Source: Candidatus Eiseniibacteriota bacterium (lineage in GTDB: Bacteria; Eisenbacteria; RBG-16-71-46). Taken from it: a stretch of DNA of 64,000 bases. The stretch spans positions 17,276 through 81,275 of the forward strand of contig JANMQY010000090.1 in the NCBI GenBank assembly GCA_031370785.1, read 5' to 3'. Of this stretch, positions 46,398 to 56,750 are shown piece by piece. The position numbers and the translations under genes were made by a program. Each line of letters opens with the position of its first letter. Position 1 is the stretch's first letter. The notes under the pieces were generated by a model. That model did not search any database. It had not been told where the DNA came from and saw only the letters and a list, made by a program, of their open reading frames with translations.

Positions 46398-47239
46398 GCC
46401 TCACGTTCCTCAAGATGCACGGCGCCGCGAACGACTTCATCGTGATCGACCGTCGTTCGGGGCAGCCCCTCGATGCGCCCGAAGTCCTGGTGCCGCGCCT
46501 TTGCGACCGGCGTCGCGGCATCGGAGCCGACGGCGTGCTGCTGCTGGAGCGCGACCCCGAGCTGGATTTCTCGATGCTCTACTACAACTCGGACGGCAAG
46601 ACCGCCGAGTTCTGCGGCAACGGCGCTCGCTGCCTGGCCCGGCTCGCGCTGGACCTGGGATTGGGGCGAGGCGGCGAGGTGCGGTTCCGCACCGCGGCGG
46701 GGGTCAAGAGCGCGCGGCGAAGTGCCGATGGCCGTGGGATCGAGCTGTCGTTCGGAGCGGTCGAGGCGCCGGCCGAAGCGGTCGAGCTCGAAGCCGCGGA
46801 GCGCACCTTCCGTGGGCGCCTGATCCGGGCCGGAGTGCCGCACTTCGTGGTGGAGGTGGAGCGAGTCGAATGGGTGCCGGTCGCGGAATGGGGCAGTGCG
46901 CTCCGCCATCACGCGCGCTTTGCGCCCGCCGGCGCCAACGTGGATTTCGTCTCGCACCTCGGGCCCGGCCGAGTTGCGATGCGCACCTACGAGCGCGGCG
47001 TGGAAGCCGAGACGCTGGCGTGCGGGAGCGGGGCGATCGCCTCGGCGCTGTGGGCTGCCGCGCGTGGTGATGCCTCACCGGTCGATGTCCTGACCGCGGG
47101 CGGCGACGAGCTGACCGTGCGCTGGCGCAGCGTGGCGCAGGGATACGACGTGACGCTGATCGGACCGGCTGAGGTGGCGTTCTCGGGCACCTGGCCCGAC
47201 GTCGTCCCGGCGCCGGTTCTCAAGGGGAGAGGGGCGTAG
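46394..47239 (+). CDS. dapF: Diaminopimelate epimerase
   Basis: KMHGAANDF, GIGADG, FCGNG, GVPH, ERGVEAETLACGSG. Confidence 0.96.
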   Translation: MSLTFLKMHGAANDFIVIDRRSGQPLDAPEVLVPRLCDRRRGIGADGVLLLERDPELDFSMLYYNSDGKTAEFCGNGARCLARLALDLGLGRGGEVRFRTAAGVKSARRSADGRGIELSFGAVEAPAEAVELEAAERTFRGRLIRAGVPHFVVEVERVEWVPVAEWGSALRHHARFAPAGANVDFVSHLGPGRVAMRTYERGVEAETLACGSGAIASALWAAARGDASPVDVLTAGGDELTVRWRSVAQGYDVTLIGPAEVAFSGTWPDVVPAPVLKGRGA

Positions 47240-47242
47240 ATC

Positions 47243-48139
47243 ATGTTCGACGGTCTCTCGGTGGCGATGGTCACCCCGTTCCGCGGCGGGCAGCTGGATC
47301 TGGAAGCCACGGCACGCCTGGTGGATTTTCTGATCGAGGGCGGCACCCAGACCCTGATCGTCTCGGGCTCGACCGGCGAGGCCGCGACCTGCACGGTCGA
47401 GGAGCGGCGCACTCTGTGGAAGTTCGTGCGTGACCGGGCCGCACGACGCGTCCCGGTGGTCGCCGGCACCGGAACCAACTCGACCGCCGACAGCCTCGCG
47501 CTCACCGCGCTCGCCGAGGAGCTTGGCCTCGACGGCGTGATGCTGGTGACCCCGTACTACAACAAGCCGACGCCCAAAGGCCAGATCGCGCACTTCACCA
47601 CGGTGGCGAAGGCCACTTCGCTGCCGGTGATCCTCTACAACGTCCCGGGGCGCACCGCCACGAACACCCTGCCCGAGACCTTCGCCGAGGTGCAGAACGT
47701 GCCGAACATCGTCGCGATCAAGGAGGCCTCGGGCAGCCTCGATCAGGCGAGTGCGCTGCGGGCCAGGACCCGCTTCACCGTGCTCTCGGGCGACGACTCG
47801 CTGACCGTTCCGATGATCGCGGTCGGGGCAACCGGCGTGATCTCGGTCGCCGGCAACGTCGCGCCACGCGAGATGCGCGCGCTGTGCGATCACGCCCGCG
47901 CCGGGAAGGCGAGCGAAGCCGAGGCACTCCATCGCAGGCTTCAGCCGCTGTTCAAGGCGTTGTTCCTCGAATCCAACCCGGGCCCGGTCAAGTATCTGCT
48001 GTCGGCGATGAAGCTCATGGCGAACGAGCTGCGCCTGCCGCTGGTGCCGGTCGAGCCGGCCACCGAGAAGGCGATTCTCGCCGCCGCCGCTCAGTCCGGC
48101 ATCGCGCTCGAGCCGGCCGTCGCGGCCCCGCGCGCGTGA
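47243..48139 (+). CDS. dapA: 4-hydroxy-tetrahydrodipicolinate synthase
   Basis: GSTGE, PYYNKP, YNVPGRT, IKEASG, SGDD, SNPGPVK. Confidence 0.96.
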   Translation: MFDGLSVAMVTPFRGGQLDLEATARLVDFLIEGGTQTLIVSGSTGEAATCTVEERRTLWKFVRDRAARRVPVVAGTGTNSTADSLALTALAEELGLDGVMLVTPYYNKPTPKGQIAHFTTVAKATSLPVILYNVPGRTATNTLPETFAEVQNVPNIVAIKEASGSLDQASALRARTRFTVLSGDDSLTVPMIAVGATGVISVAGNVAPREMRALCDHARAGKASEAEALHRRLQPLFKALFLESNPGPVKYLLSAMKLMANELRLPLVPVEPATEKAILAAAAQSGIALEPAVAAPRA

Positions 48140-48897
48140 TTCCACTCGTCGTGGTCGGCGCCGCCGGGCGAATGGGGCGGGCGGTGGTGCAGGCGGCCCG
48201 CGAAACCCAGGGCTTCGAGATCCGCGCCAGGGTGGACCGCGATGCGAACCAGCCGGAAGTCGGCGGGGTATGGAGTGACGATCCGCGGGCTGTGGTGCGC
48301 GCCGGGGATGTGGTCGTCGACTTCAGCAGTCCGGAGTGCACCAGGGCTCTGGCCCAGGTCTGCGCCGAGCGGGGCTCCGCGCTGGTGAGCGGCACGACCG
48401 GACTTTCGCGCGAGGATGAAGCATCGCTCTCCCAGGCCGCACAGAAGATCGCCATGCTGCGCTCCGCGAATTTCAGCCTGGGAGTGGCCGCACTTCGTCG
48501 CGCGCTCGAAGCCGCGCTGCGTTCGCTGCCCGGCGGCTGGGACATCGAGATCGTGGAGCGCCATCACCGCCAGAAGGCGGACAGTCCCTCGGGGACTGCG
48601 CTCGCGCTGGCCGACATCGCGCTCGCCGCGCGCGGACTCGAGCGCGGCGCGTTGCGCCACGGGCGCGAGGGCCGGGTCGGAGCGCGACCGGCCGAGGAGA
48701 TCGGAATGCACGCGGTGCGGGGTGGCAGCTGGGTGGGAGATCATGCGGTGCTGCTGGCCGGCACCGGCGAATGGCTCGAGCTGCGCCATGTCGCGCAGGA
48801 TCGCACCGCGTTCGCGTACGGCGCGCTGGCCGCCGCCAGGTTCGTGGCCGGAGCCGCGCCCGGTCTCTATACTCTTGACCACGTGCTGGGCGTGTAG
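48136..48897 (+). CDS. dapB: 4-hydroxy-tetrahydrodipicolinate reductase
   Basis: GAAGRMG, GTTG, NFSLG, ERHHRQKADSPSGTA; GTGA overlap. Confidence 0.95.
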   Translation: MIPLVVVGAAGRMGRAVVQAARETQGFEIRARVDRDANQPEVGGVWSDDPRAVVRAGDVVVDFSSPECTRALAQVCAERGSALVSGTTGLSREDEASLSQAAQKIAMLRSANFSLGVAALRRALEAALRSLPGGWDIEIVERHHRQKADSPSGTALALADIALAARGLERGALRHGREGRVGARPAEEIGMHAVRGGSWVGDHAVLLAGTGEWLELRHVAQDRTAFAYGALAAARFVAGAAPGLYTLDHVLGV

Positions 48898-48934
48898 GGC
48901 CAACCCGATCCACCTTCTCTTCGACGGAGTTCCC

Positions 48935-51736
48935 ATGCGCGTCACTCGCCCGGCGCTTGCCATCCTCGTTGTGCTCGTCGCCCTCGGCGGCCCGCTCGGC
49001 GCACGCACCGCGCATGCCTTCGGCAAGAACAAGGTGCAGTACGAGTCGCTCGAGTGGGCGGTGCTCGAGACCCCGCACATGCGGGTCCACTATTACGCCG
49101 AGGAGGAGAGCCTCGCGCGCCGGATCACCGCCTATGCGGAGAGCGTGTGCGTCGAGTACGACGGCCGCTTCCGCATCTCTCCCAAGCATCGCGTGCCGAT
49201 CCTGCTCTACTCGGCGCACCACCTGTTCCAGCAGACCAACGCGACGCCCGAACTTCTGACCGAGGCGACCGGTGGACTGACCGAGCTGATCAAGGGTCGC
49301 GTGCTCATCCCGCACAACGGCTCGTGGCATCGGCTGGTGTGGGTGACGCGTCACGAGCTGACCCACTGGTACATGCTGGAGAAGATCTCCAAGGTGATGC
49401 GCGACCACCGCCGCACCCAGGGCTACATGCCGCCGCTGTGGTTCACCGAGGGGCTCGCCGAATACTGCGGCACGGTGTGGGACGCGGAGGCCGAGGGGCT
49501 GCTGCAGGACGCGATGCTCTCCAGCGTGGCGCTCCCGATCACGCGCAGCGAGCCGATCTGGGGCTCGGTGCTGATGTACAAGGAGGGCCAGTCGTTCCTG
49601 CTCGAGCTGGCGAGGCGCTACGGCGATCACGTGATCTTCGACATGCTCGACAACTGGTACCGCGCCGACGACTTCGAAACCGTGTTCCGCATCACGCTCG
49701 GACTGAAGCTCAAGGACGTGGACGATGAATGGTTCAATGGCCTCCGCCGGCGCTACTTCCCGGTGGTCGCGGTGGGGAAGAGGGCGGAGGACGTCGGCCA
49801 GCGCCTGACCCCTCACGGACGTTTCAACCTCGGCCCGCGCGTGATCGCGTCCTCCGACAGCGCGGACACCACGCTCCAGTTCTGCTATTTCCGCGCCGGG
49901 GAAAGCGGCATCAGCCTGGTGATCCGCGAGCGGCGCCGCAACGGTCGCTGGCGCGAGCGCAAGCTTCTGCGCGGCGGCCAGTCGCCGGCCTACGAGTCGT
50001 TCCACCTGTTCCAGAACCGTCCTGACGCTTCGGCGAGCGGCACCATCGTGTTGTCCTCGAAGCGCGGTGGAAGGGATGCGCTGTACCTGGTCGATGCGCG
50101 GCGTGGCCGCGTCCTGCGGCGGCTGGGCTTCCCGAACCTGGTGGCGATCCACGATCCGAGCCTCGTGCCCGGCGACAGCGCGGTGGTGTTCACCGGCCAG
50201 GACTATGGTGGACGGCAGGACCTGTATCGCGCGCGCTGGCCCGGCGGGCACCTGCACCTCGACCGCCTGACCGACGACGACTTCGACGATCTCGAGCCCG
50301 ACGTTTCGCCGGATGGGCGCTACGTGGTGTTCGCTTCGGACCGCTGCCAGCGCGGCGGCGACTACTCGCTGTACCGTCTGTCGCTCGACGGCGGCATTCC
50401 CGAGGCGGTGAGCGATCCGGACAGTGGGGACGACCGCCAGCCGGTCTACTCGCGCGACGGCAGGTGGATCGCGTTCCGCTCGACGCGCAACGGCACGAGC
50501 GACCTCTACGTGCGACCCGCCGCCCCCTCGCGCGAGGCAAGGCGCGTGACCCACCTGCTTGGGCCTGCGACCGATCCCGACTGGCTGCCCGGGGGCCGTG
50601 GGCTCGTGTTCACCGCCGAGAGCGGGATCACGTTCCAGACCTATCGGATCGGATTCGATCCCGACTCGCTCGCCGCCGAGCCCGAGCATGGCGCGCCGCG
50701 CGTGCCGATGATCGCCGACGAGGTGTACACGGGCGAATCGCAGCGCTACGCGCGACGGTTGAGCCTCGACCTGGTGCAGAACGCGGTCGGGGTGGATCCC
50801 GGGCTCGGTGCGGTCGGCGGCGGACAGATCGCGCTCAGCGACGTGCTCGGCAACGAGCAGTACTACCTGTTCCTGACCAACGACGCGGATCGCTTCGGCG
50901 GCAACTTCTGGGACGGATTCGCGGGCGGCGTCACCTACCTCAATCAGGCGCACCGTCTCAACTACGGCGCCGGCCTGTTCCGGCTGACTCAGGTGTACGA
51001 CGCCGATCTGGACGAGGTGCGGCGTGAGCGCCGGGTCGGAGCGCTGCTACTGGCCAGCTATCCCTTCAGCAAGTTCACGCGGGTCGAGGCCTCGGTGCTG
51101 GCGCGCCATGCCAAGGATCACCTGCTGCGCAACTTCGACGTGCAGGACGTCGACCTGGTGAGCAACTTCCTGAGCCTGGTCTACGACAACGTGGGCTGGA
51201 CCCACCTGGGCCCGGCCTCGGGCGTGCGCGCATTCGCATCGGCTGGCGTGACCCGCGACCTCACCTCGGGGGCGGGAGATTTCGGAACCCTGATCGGCGA
51301 AGCGCGCCACTACTTCGCACCATTCGCGGGAATCGTGGTGGCCTCGCGCGCGCAGGGTCAGTCGAGCCTCGGGCGCGACGCGCAGCGCTTCTATCTGGGC
51401 GGACGATTCTCGCTGCGCGGTTACGACCGCCGTGCAGTCGCGGGCACGCAGACCGTGCTGGTGCAGGAAGAAGTGCGCTTTCCGCTGGTGCGCGGACTGG
51501 TGATGGCGCTCCCGGCGCCGTGGCTGTTCCCGACCATTCAGGGCGCGGCGTTCACCGACATCGCGTGGGTGTGGGAGCAGGGCTACTACGATCGTCTGGC
51601 CAGCGTGGGAGCCGGGGTCTACGTGCTCGGCGGTTACTACCCGGCGCTGCGCTGGAATTTCGTGTGGCCCACCCGGGACTTCCGCAGCTTCCCGCGTCGG
51701 CCCCGCACCCAGGTGTCGATCGGCTTCAACTTCTGA
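48935..51736 (+). CDS. Omp85-family protein with N-terminal gluzincin peptidase and TolB/PD40 beta-propeller
   Basis: Signal peptide then FGKNKVQY, HELTH, PLWFTEGLAEY, PD40 repeats (SPDGRYVVFASDR, SRDGRWIAFRS), LRGYD, C-terminal GFNF. Confidence 0.85.
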   Translation: MRVTRPALAILVVLVALGGPLGARTAHAFGKNKVQYESLEWAVLETPHMRVHYYAEEESLARRITAYAESVCVEYDGRFRISPKHRVPILLYSAHHLFQQTNATPELLTEATGGLTELIKGRVLIPHNGSWHRLVWVTRHELTHWYMLEKISKVMRDHRRTQGYMPPLWFTEGLAEYCGTVWDAEAEGLLQDAMLSSVALPITRSEPIWGSVLMYKEGQSFLLELARRYGDHVIFDMLDNWYRADDFETVFRITLGLKLKDVDDEWFNGLRRRYFPVVAVGKRAEDVGQRLTPHGRFNLGPRVIASSDSADTTLQFCYFRAGESGISLVIRERRRNGRWRERKLLRGGQSPAYESFHLFQNRPDASASGTIVLSSKRGGRDALYLVDARRGRVLRRLGFPNLVAIHDPSLVPGDSAVVFTGQDYGGRQDLYRARWPGGHLHLDRLTDDDFDDLEPDVSPDGRYVVFASDRCQRGGDYSLYRLSLDGGIPEAVSDPDSGDDRQPVYSRDGRWIAFRSTRNGTSDLYVRPAAPSREARRVTHLLGPATDPDWLPGGRGLVFTAESGITFQTYRIGFDPDSLAAEPEHGAPRVPMIADEVYTGESQRYARRLSLDLVQNAVGVDPGLGAVGGGQIALSDVLGNEQYYLFLTNDADRFGGNFWDGFAGGVTYLNQAHRLNYGAGLFRLTQVYDADLDEVRRERRVGALLLASYPFSKFTRVEASVLARHAKDHLLRNFDVQDVDLVSNFLSLVYDNVGWTHLGPASGVRAFASAGVTRDLTSGAGDFGTLIGEARHYFAPFAGIVVASRAQGQSSLGRDAQRFYLGGRFSLRGYDRRAVAGTQTVLVQEEVRFPLVRGLVMALPAPWLFPTIQGAAFTDIAWVWEQGYYDRLASVGAGVYVLGGYYPALRWNFVWPTRDFRSFPRRPRTQVSIGFNF

Positions 51737-51766
51737 TTCCCTGAGCGGCCTCGCCTGAGGCCTGCC

Positions 51767-53020
51767 TCAGGGCACTCCGAGCGAGATGCCGTCCGGAGTC
51801 TCGAGGCCGCCGAGGTGGGTGAGGATGAGGCCGGCGGATGAGAGCCGGTACACCGAGCCATTGCCCGGCGCGGTGACCCAGGCTTCCCCGGTCGGAAGAT
51901 CCACGTCGATCTCGCGCGCCTCGGGAATTCCGGAGATCCTGAATTCGACGGTGCCATCGCGGCGCAGTGCAACCACCTGATTCCCGAACGCGTCCGCCAC
52001 CCAGATGCGGCCGCGACGCCAGTCGATCGCGATCCCGATCGGACCCGACAGACCGCCGATCGTGTCCACGGCAGCGAGCGCGTTCGAGATCTCGACTACC
52101 TGGCCACGCTGGAACGAGGTGACCCACACATGGTGGGTCACCGAGTCCACCGCCAGACGCGACGGCGCATCGACCGCGACCGCGCCGGCGAACACGCCGG
52201 TCTGCGAATAGGCGCCGATGCGATTGTCGCCGCGCTCGCATACCCACAGCGCGTACGACCCCGCGTCACGCGCGACGTCGAGCGGGGCGTTGATCGGGAT
52301 GATCTGGGGTGGAGTGCCGAAGCCGCCCGAGGGATCGAAGTGGCGAAGCGCGTTCAGGCCCTGGTCGCACACCCATGCGGTGCGATTGCTGGGATCGACG
52401 AGCAGTCCGGTCGGACTCGAAACCGCGCTGAAGGGGAGCAGATCGCGGGAAACCGGGTCGTAGAGCAGCACTTGTTGCCCGAGCTCATCCGACACCCACA
52501 CCGAGCCGCTTCCATTGTCTGCCGCGACCGAGGTCGGCCCCTCGAAGCGCGAATCTTCGAGCGCGACGCGCCGGCCGTCGGCGGTGACACGGATCAGCGA
52601 ATGGCGCGTTCCGTCCGCCACCCATGGGCGTTGCGGACCGGGGGTCGCGATGTCTTCGGCGGGGCGAGGGCCGAGGCCCTCGCTGAACACGAAGTACAGC
52701 CGGTAGCGATAGTCGACGCCGTTGCTCAGGCCGAAATCGTTGAGACCGGTCGAAGAAGGCAGGAGGAGGCCGCTGAGCGGAGTGAACGTGCTCTCGCTCC
52801 CGGCCTGACGAAACACCTGGAAGCCCTGCACGCTGTTTCCGCTCGCCGCGCTCCAGCGCAGCTCGACCGTGGAATTTCCCGCCAGCGCTACGAACCCGGC
52901 CGGCCGGCCGCCAGTGGTCGGGTTGTCCGGATCGAATGGATTGATCCGCGTGCGCTTCGAGCAGCCTGCTGCGCCGGCGAGCGCGAGCAGCGCGATCAGA
53001 AGCGCCAGGAAACGGCGCAT
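51767..53020 (-). CDS. Lipoprotein with FN3-like domain and NHL/YncE-like beta-propeller
   Basis: Lipobox AAGC, NPFDP, VELRW..GFQVFR, repeated P..(L/I)AVD...(V/I)WV motifs. Confidence 0.78.
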   Translation of the reverse strand: MRRFLALLIALLALAGAAGCSKRTRINPFDPDNPTTGGRPAGFVALAGNSTVELRWSAASGNSVQGFQVFRQAGSESTFTPLSGLLLPSSTGLNDFGLSNGVDYRYRLYFVFSEGLGPRPAEDIATPGPQRPWVADGTRHSLIRVTADGRRVALEDSRFEGPTSVAADNGSGSVWVSDELGQQVLLYDPVSRDLLPFSAVSSPTGLLVDPSNRTAWVCDQGLNALRHFDPSGGFGTPPQIIPINAPLDVARDAGSYALWVCERGDNRIGAYSQTGVFAGAVAVDAPSRLAVDSVTHHVWVTSFQRGQVVEISNALAAVDTIGGLSGPIGIAIDWRRGRIWVADAFGNQVVALRRDGTVEFRISGIPEAREIDVDLPTGEAWVTAPGNGSVYRLSSAGLILTHLGGLETPDGISLGVP

Positions 53021-53424
53021 CGCGTGATTCCGGCGGTGAGGACGACGTGGGAGGGAACGGGGCGGCGCAGGAAACGCAGATAGACTCCGGCCGCGAGCAG
53101 TGCCTCGCCGCCCAGCAGGGAAGCGTTGGACCAGCGGTCGAGGCGGACGGTCCGGTCGTAGAGGGTTCCGATACGCGCCACGTCGGTCTCGGTGCGATAC
53201 AACTGGTACTCCCGATCCGCCCGCCGCTCAAACTCGTACGAGGCCCCGATCAGCGCAGCGCCCGCGATCAGGGTCGCGTAGGCCAGACCATGCGACGGAT
53301 TCGTCTCGGGCTGCAGGCGCACCTCCGGAAATGCCGCGACCGCCTGCGCGGGAGCGCAGACGGCCGTATCGAGGCAGGCGAAGCTCTGCAGGGCCGCGAG
53401 CAGCACGGCTAGCGTGCACTTCAT
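52996..53424 (-). CDS. Hypothetical membrane/exported protein
   Basis: Signal-like N-terminus, two hydrophobic segments; lies between rpsT and the lipoprotein on the same strand. Confidence 0.55.
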   Translation of the reverse strand: MKCTLAVLLAALQSFACLDTAVCAPAQAVAAFPEVRLQPETNPSHGLAYATLIAGAALIGASYEFERRADREYQLYRTETDVARIGTLYDRTVRLDRWSNASLLGGEALLAAGVYLRFLRRPVPSHVVLTAGITRCAVSWRF

Positions 53425-53437
53425 GTGTTGCGAGCGC

Positions 53438-53695
53438 TCAGGCCGGAAGCTTGGCCGCGAACTTCGCGAGCCGCGCCTTGTGCCGGCTGGCGGTCTCCTT
53501 CTTGATGATGCCCTTGGCCACCGTGCGGTCGAGGATGGTCATGGCGTTGCGGTAGGCCGTGGCGCCCTGGGTGTGGCTGGTGGCCTCGCGAACGGCCTTG
53601 ACGGCGGAGCGCATGCGCGAGCGCGCGGCGATGTTGCGCTGACGCGATTTCTCGTTGGTGATGACGCGCTTGGCCGCGGACTTGTGATGCGGCAT
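53438..53695 (-). CDS. rpsT: 30S ribosomal protein S20
   Basis: KSAAKR, RSRMRSAVK, KGIIKKETASRHKARL; AAGGAGG RBS. Confidence 0.97.
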   Translation of the reverse strand: MPHHKSAAKRVITNEKSRQRNIAARSRMRSAVKAVREATSHTQGATAYRNAMTILDRTVAKGIIKKETASRHKARLAKFAAKLPA

Positions 53696-53739
53696 GAAGA
53701 AACCTCCTTAGGGAGTGCTCAACTCGAAAAAGCCCGGTG

Positions 53740-53769
53740 ACGATACCGGCGCGCGCGCGGGAGTGTCAA
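53740..53769 (-). promoter_or_regulatory. Putative sigma70 promoter for rpsT
   Basis: Minus strand TTGACA-N18-TATCGT. Confidence 0.55.
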
Positions 53770-53921
53770 GCCTTGGGCGAGCACCGAGTTTTCACGCGGT
53801 GACTTCTCGCGGGAGCCTCGAAGCCTTCCACCTGGCGCCGGAACTGCGGTTGTCGCGGTCACGGGTCCGGGTGTAGTGTCTCCACCCTCACGCATTCTCA
53901 GACTACCGTGTGGAGGCTCCG

Positions 53922-55775
53922 GTGGGTGCACTGGCCGAAAAAGTGCTGAATCTCCCTGCTCTTCCAGGGGTTTATCTGTTCAAGGACCCCGCGGGCCAGG
54001 TGCTGTACGTCGGCAAGGCGCGAAGCCTCGCCCAGCGCGTGCGGAGCTACGTCAGCGGAGAGAGCGCCGAGCCCCGGCTGGTCGAGCTGATGGAGAAGGC
54101 GGTCGACCTCGACACCATTCTCACCGATACCGAGGCCGAGGCCCTGCTGCTCGAGGCTACGCTCATCCGGCAGCACCGTCCGCATTACAACGTGCTGCTC
54201 AAGGACGACAAGAGCTTCCCGTACGTGAAGATCAGCGTGCAGGAGGAATTCCCGCGCCTCTCGGTCACGCGCCGGGTGCTCAACGACGGAGCACGCTACC
54301 TCGGTCCATTCACCGACGTGCGCAACCTCAGGCGCATGCTGCGCGAGATCCGCCGCATTTTCCCGGTTCGCACCTGCCGCAATTTCGAGGACTATCAGCG
54401 AACCAACCGCCCGTGCCTCTACTTCCACATCAAGCGCTGCGCCGGGCCGTGCACCACGCGCTCGCGGCTGGCCCCGGGTGAGTACCGGGGCATCGTCGAT
54501 GGCCTGATTCAGTTCCTGACCGGCCGGGATGCCGAGCTGATCGGACGGCTGCAGGCGGGAATGGCCGAGGCCGCGACCGAGCGCCGCTACGAAGAGGCGG
54601 CGCGCATGCGCGACCAGATCGCGCTGCTGCGCGACATGCGCCGCCCGCAGGTCGTCGTGGATGGCCCGGCCGAGGTCGACGTGCTCGGCCTCGCCCGGCA
54701 CGGCCGGCGCGCGGGAGTCGCGGTGTTGATGCTTCGCGACGGGCGGGTGGTGGGGAAGGAGACGCGCCTGCTCGAGCACGGCGCCTCCCTCGGCGATGCC
54801 GCGCTGCTCGAGGTGTTCCTCACCCAGCACTACCTGGGCACCGCGCCGGTTCCGCGCCGCATCGCAGCAGTCGCCGAGCCGGAGAGCGCGGATGCGCTGC
54901 GCGAAGCGCTCGCGAAGCGCGCCGGGCATCGCGTCGAGCTGGTCGTTCCGCAGCGCGGGCGCGAGCGGCGCCTGCTCGCGACCGCCGAGCGCAACGCCGC
55001 GCTCGCGCTCGAAGACCTCGAGGCGCGCGCCAGTGGGCGCCGCGCCCGCTTCTCCCCGGAAGTGATCGAGCTGCAGAAGGCACTCGCTCTGGCGGTGCCA
55101 CCGTGGCGCATGGTGTGCTTCGACGTCTCGAACCTGGGCGCGGACAGCGCGGTCGCCGCGGTCGTCGCCAGCGAGAACGGACGCGCGCGGCGCGGCCTCT
55201 ACCGGCGCATGCGCATGCGCCGGCCCGGGCCCGACGATTTCGCGATGATGGGCGAAGCGGTCGAGCGCTACTGGACCCACGTCGAATCGGGCGAGATCCC
55301 TCGTCCGGATCTGGTGGTGATCGATGGCGGGATCGGTCAGCTGGGCGCGGCGCGCGCCGCGCTCGACCGGGTGGCGACGCGGCCTATCGCGCTGGTCGCG
55401 TTGGCCAAGCGCGAAGAGACCGTGGTTCGCGAAGGCGGACCGCCGCTGGTGCTGCCTCGGCGCAGCGAAGCGCTGCGCTCGCTGCAGCGGCTGCGCGACG
55501 AGGCGCACCGCTTCGGGCTCACCTATCACCGCAAGCTGCGCGGGCGTCGCCGCATCGCGAGCGAGCTCGACGCGGTGGCCGGCGTGGGCGCTTCGCGCCG
55601 CGCGGCACTGCTCAAGGCGTTCGGCTCGGTGGCCGCGCTGCGCGAGGCGAGCGCCGAGGAGATCGCTTCGCGCGCCCACATGCCGGCCACGGTCGCGACG
55701 CGCATCGCGAGCCGGCTGAGCGGGGTGCCGGTTGGGGGCGCGCCGGACGCACGCCGCGCGGGAGGGGACGCGTGA
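53922..55775 (+). CDS. uvrC: Excinuclease ABC subunit C
   Basis: PGVYLF, YVGKA, LKDDKSFPY, four-Cys cluster, DGGIGQL, RDEAHRF, HhH; GGAGG RBS before GTG 53922. Confidence 0.96.
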   Translation: MGALAEKVLNLPALPGVYLFKDPAGQVLYVGKARSLAQRVRSYVSGESAEPRLVELMEKAVDLDTILTDTEAEALLLEATLIRQHRPHYNVLLKDDKSFPYVKISVQEEFPRLSVTRRVLNDGARYLGPFTDVRNLRRMLREIRRIFPVRTCRNFEDYQRTNRPCLYFHIKRCAGPCTTRSRLAPGEYRGIVDGLIQFLTGRDAELIGRLQAGMAEAATERRYEEAARMRDQIALLRDMRRPQVVVDGPAEVDVLGLARHGRRAGVAVLMLRDGRVVGKETRLLEHGASLGDAALLEVFLTQHYLGTAPVPRRIAAVAEPESADALREALAKRAGHRVELVVPQRGRERRLLATAERNAALALEDLEARASGRRARFSPEVIELQKALALAVPPWRMVCFDVSNLGADSAVAAVVASENGRARRGLYRRMRMRRPGPDDFAMMGEAVERYWTHVESGEIPRPDLVVIDGGIGQLGAARAALDRVATRPIALVALAKREETVVREGGPPLVLPRRSEALRSLQRLRDEAHRFGLTYHRKLRGRRRIASELDAVAGVGASRRAALLKAFGSVAALREASAEEIASRAHMPATVATRIASRLSGVPVGGAPDARRAGGDA

Positions 55776-56716
55776 GCCGCACGGCCGCAACCGGGATCGA
55801 GCTGGCGCGCTCCGCGCCAGGAAGCCGCCTCGACGGAGCGCTGGATGAGTTCCTCGACGGACTGCGCACCGCGCGTCGGCTGAGCGCCAACACCCTGGAT
55901 GCCTACGCCCGCGACCTGCGCGACTACCGCGCGTTCGCCGTGCAACACCGTCTCGAGAGCTGGAGCGAGGCCGGCACGGTGTTCGCCGACGGCTATTTCG
56001 CCCGCCTGCACAAGCGCGGGCTGTCCTCGAGCACGGTGGCGCGCCGTCGCTCGGCGCTGCGCGGATTCCACGCCTGGCTCGAAGCGCAGGGGCAGGGCGG
56101 CCCGAGCCCGATGGCCGACGCCCCGCCGCCGCGGCGCGAGCGTCGCCTGCCGCACGCGCTGACCCACGACGAGATGGAGCGCCTGATCGCCCAGCCGAAG
56201 GGCGAAGCCCCGCTCGTGCTTCGCGACCGGGCGATGCTCGAGCTGGCCTACGCCAGCGGGCTGCGGGTCTCGGAGCTGTGCGGGTTGATCCGCTCGAGGC
56301 TCGATCTGGCCGAGCGCGCGGTCCGGGTCGCCGGCAAGGGCAACCGCGAGCGCGTGGTTCCGTTCGGGCGCGCCGCCGGGAGCGCGTTGCGTGAATACCT
56401 CGAGCGCGCGAGGCCGCTGCTCGCGAGGCGCACGCGCCACGACAGCGTGTTCCTGAATGCGCGCGGAGGGCCGCTGTCACGCATGGGATTCTGGAAGATT
56501 CTGAAAGGGCACGCGCGCGCGGCGGGCATCTCCACGCGGGTGCACCCCCACGCGCTGCGCCATTCGTTCGCCACCCACCTGCTCGAGGGCGGCGCCGATC
56601 TGCGCGTGGTACAGGAGCTGCTCGGGCACGCGTCGGTGGCCACCACTGCCATCTACACTCATCTGGACCGCGCCTACCTGCGCGAGGTGCACCGCAGTTT
56701 TCATCCGAGGCCATGA
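55772..56716 (+). CDS. xerD: Tyrosine recombinase XerD
   Basis: [59 protein letters not shown]. Confidence 0.9.
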   Translation: MSRTAATGIELARSAPGSRLDGALDEFLDGLRTARRLSANTLDAYARDLRDYRAFAVQHRLESWSEAGTVFADGYFARLHKRGLSSSTVARRRSALRGFHAWLEAQGQGGPSPMADAPPPRRERRLPHALTHDEMERLIAQPKGEAPLVLRDRAMLELAYASGLRVSELCGLIRSRLDLAERAVRVAGKGNRERVVPFGRAAGSALREYLERARPLLARRTRHDSVFLNARGGPLSRMGFWKILKGHARAAGISTRVHPHALRHSFATHLLEGGADLRVVQELLGHASVATTAIYTHLDRAYLREVHRSFHPRP

Positions 56717-56750
56717 AGTTCGCATCGACCGGGGGACGAAGGAGAACTCG

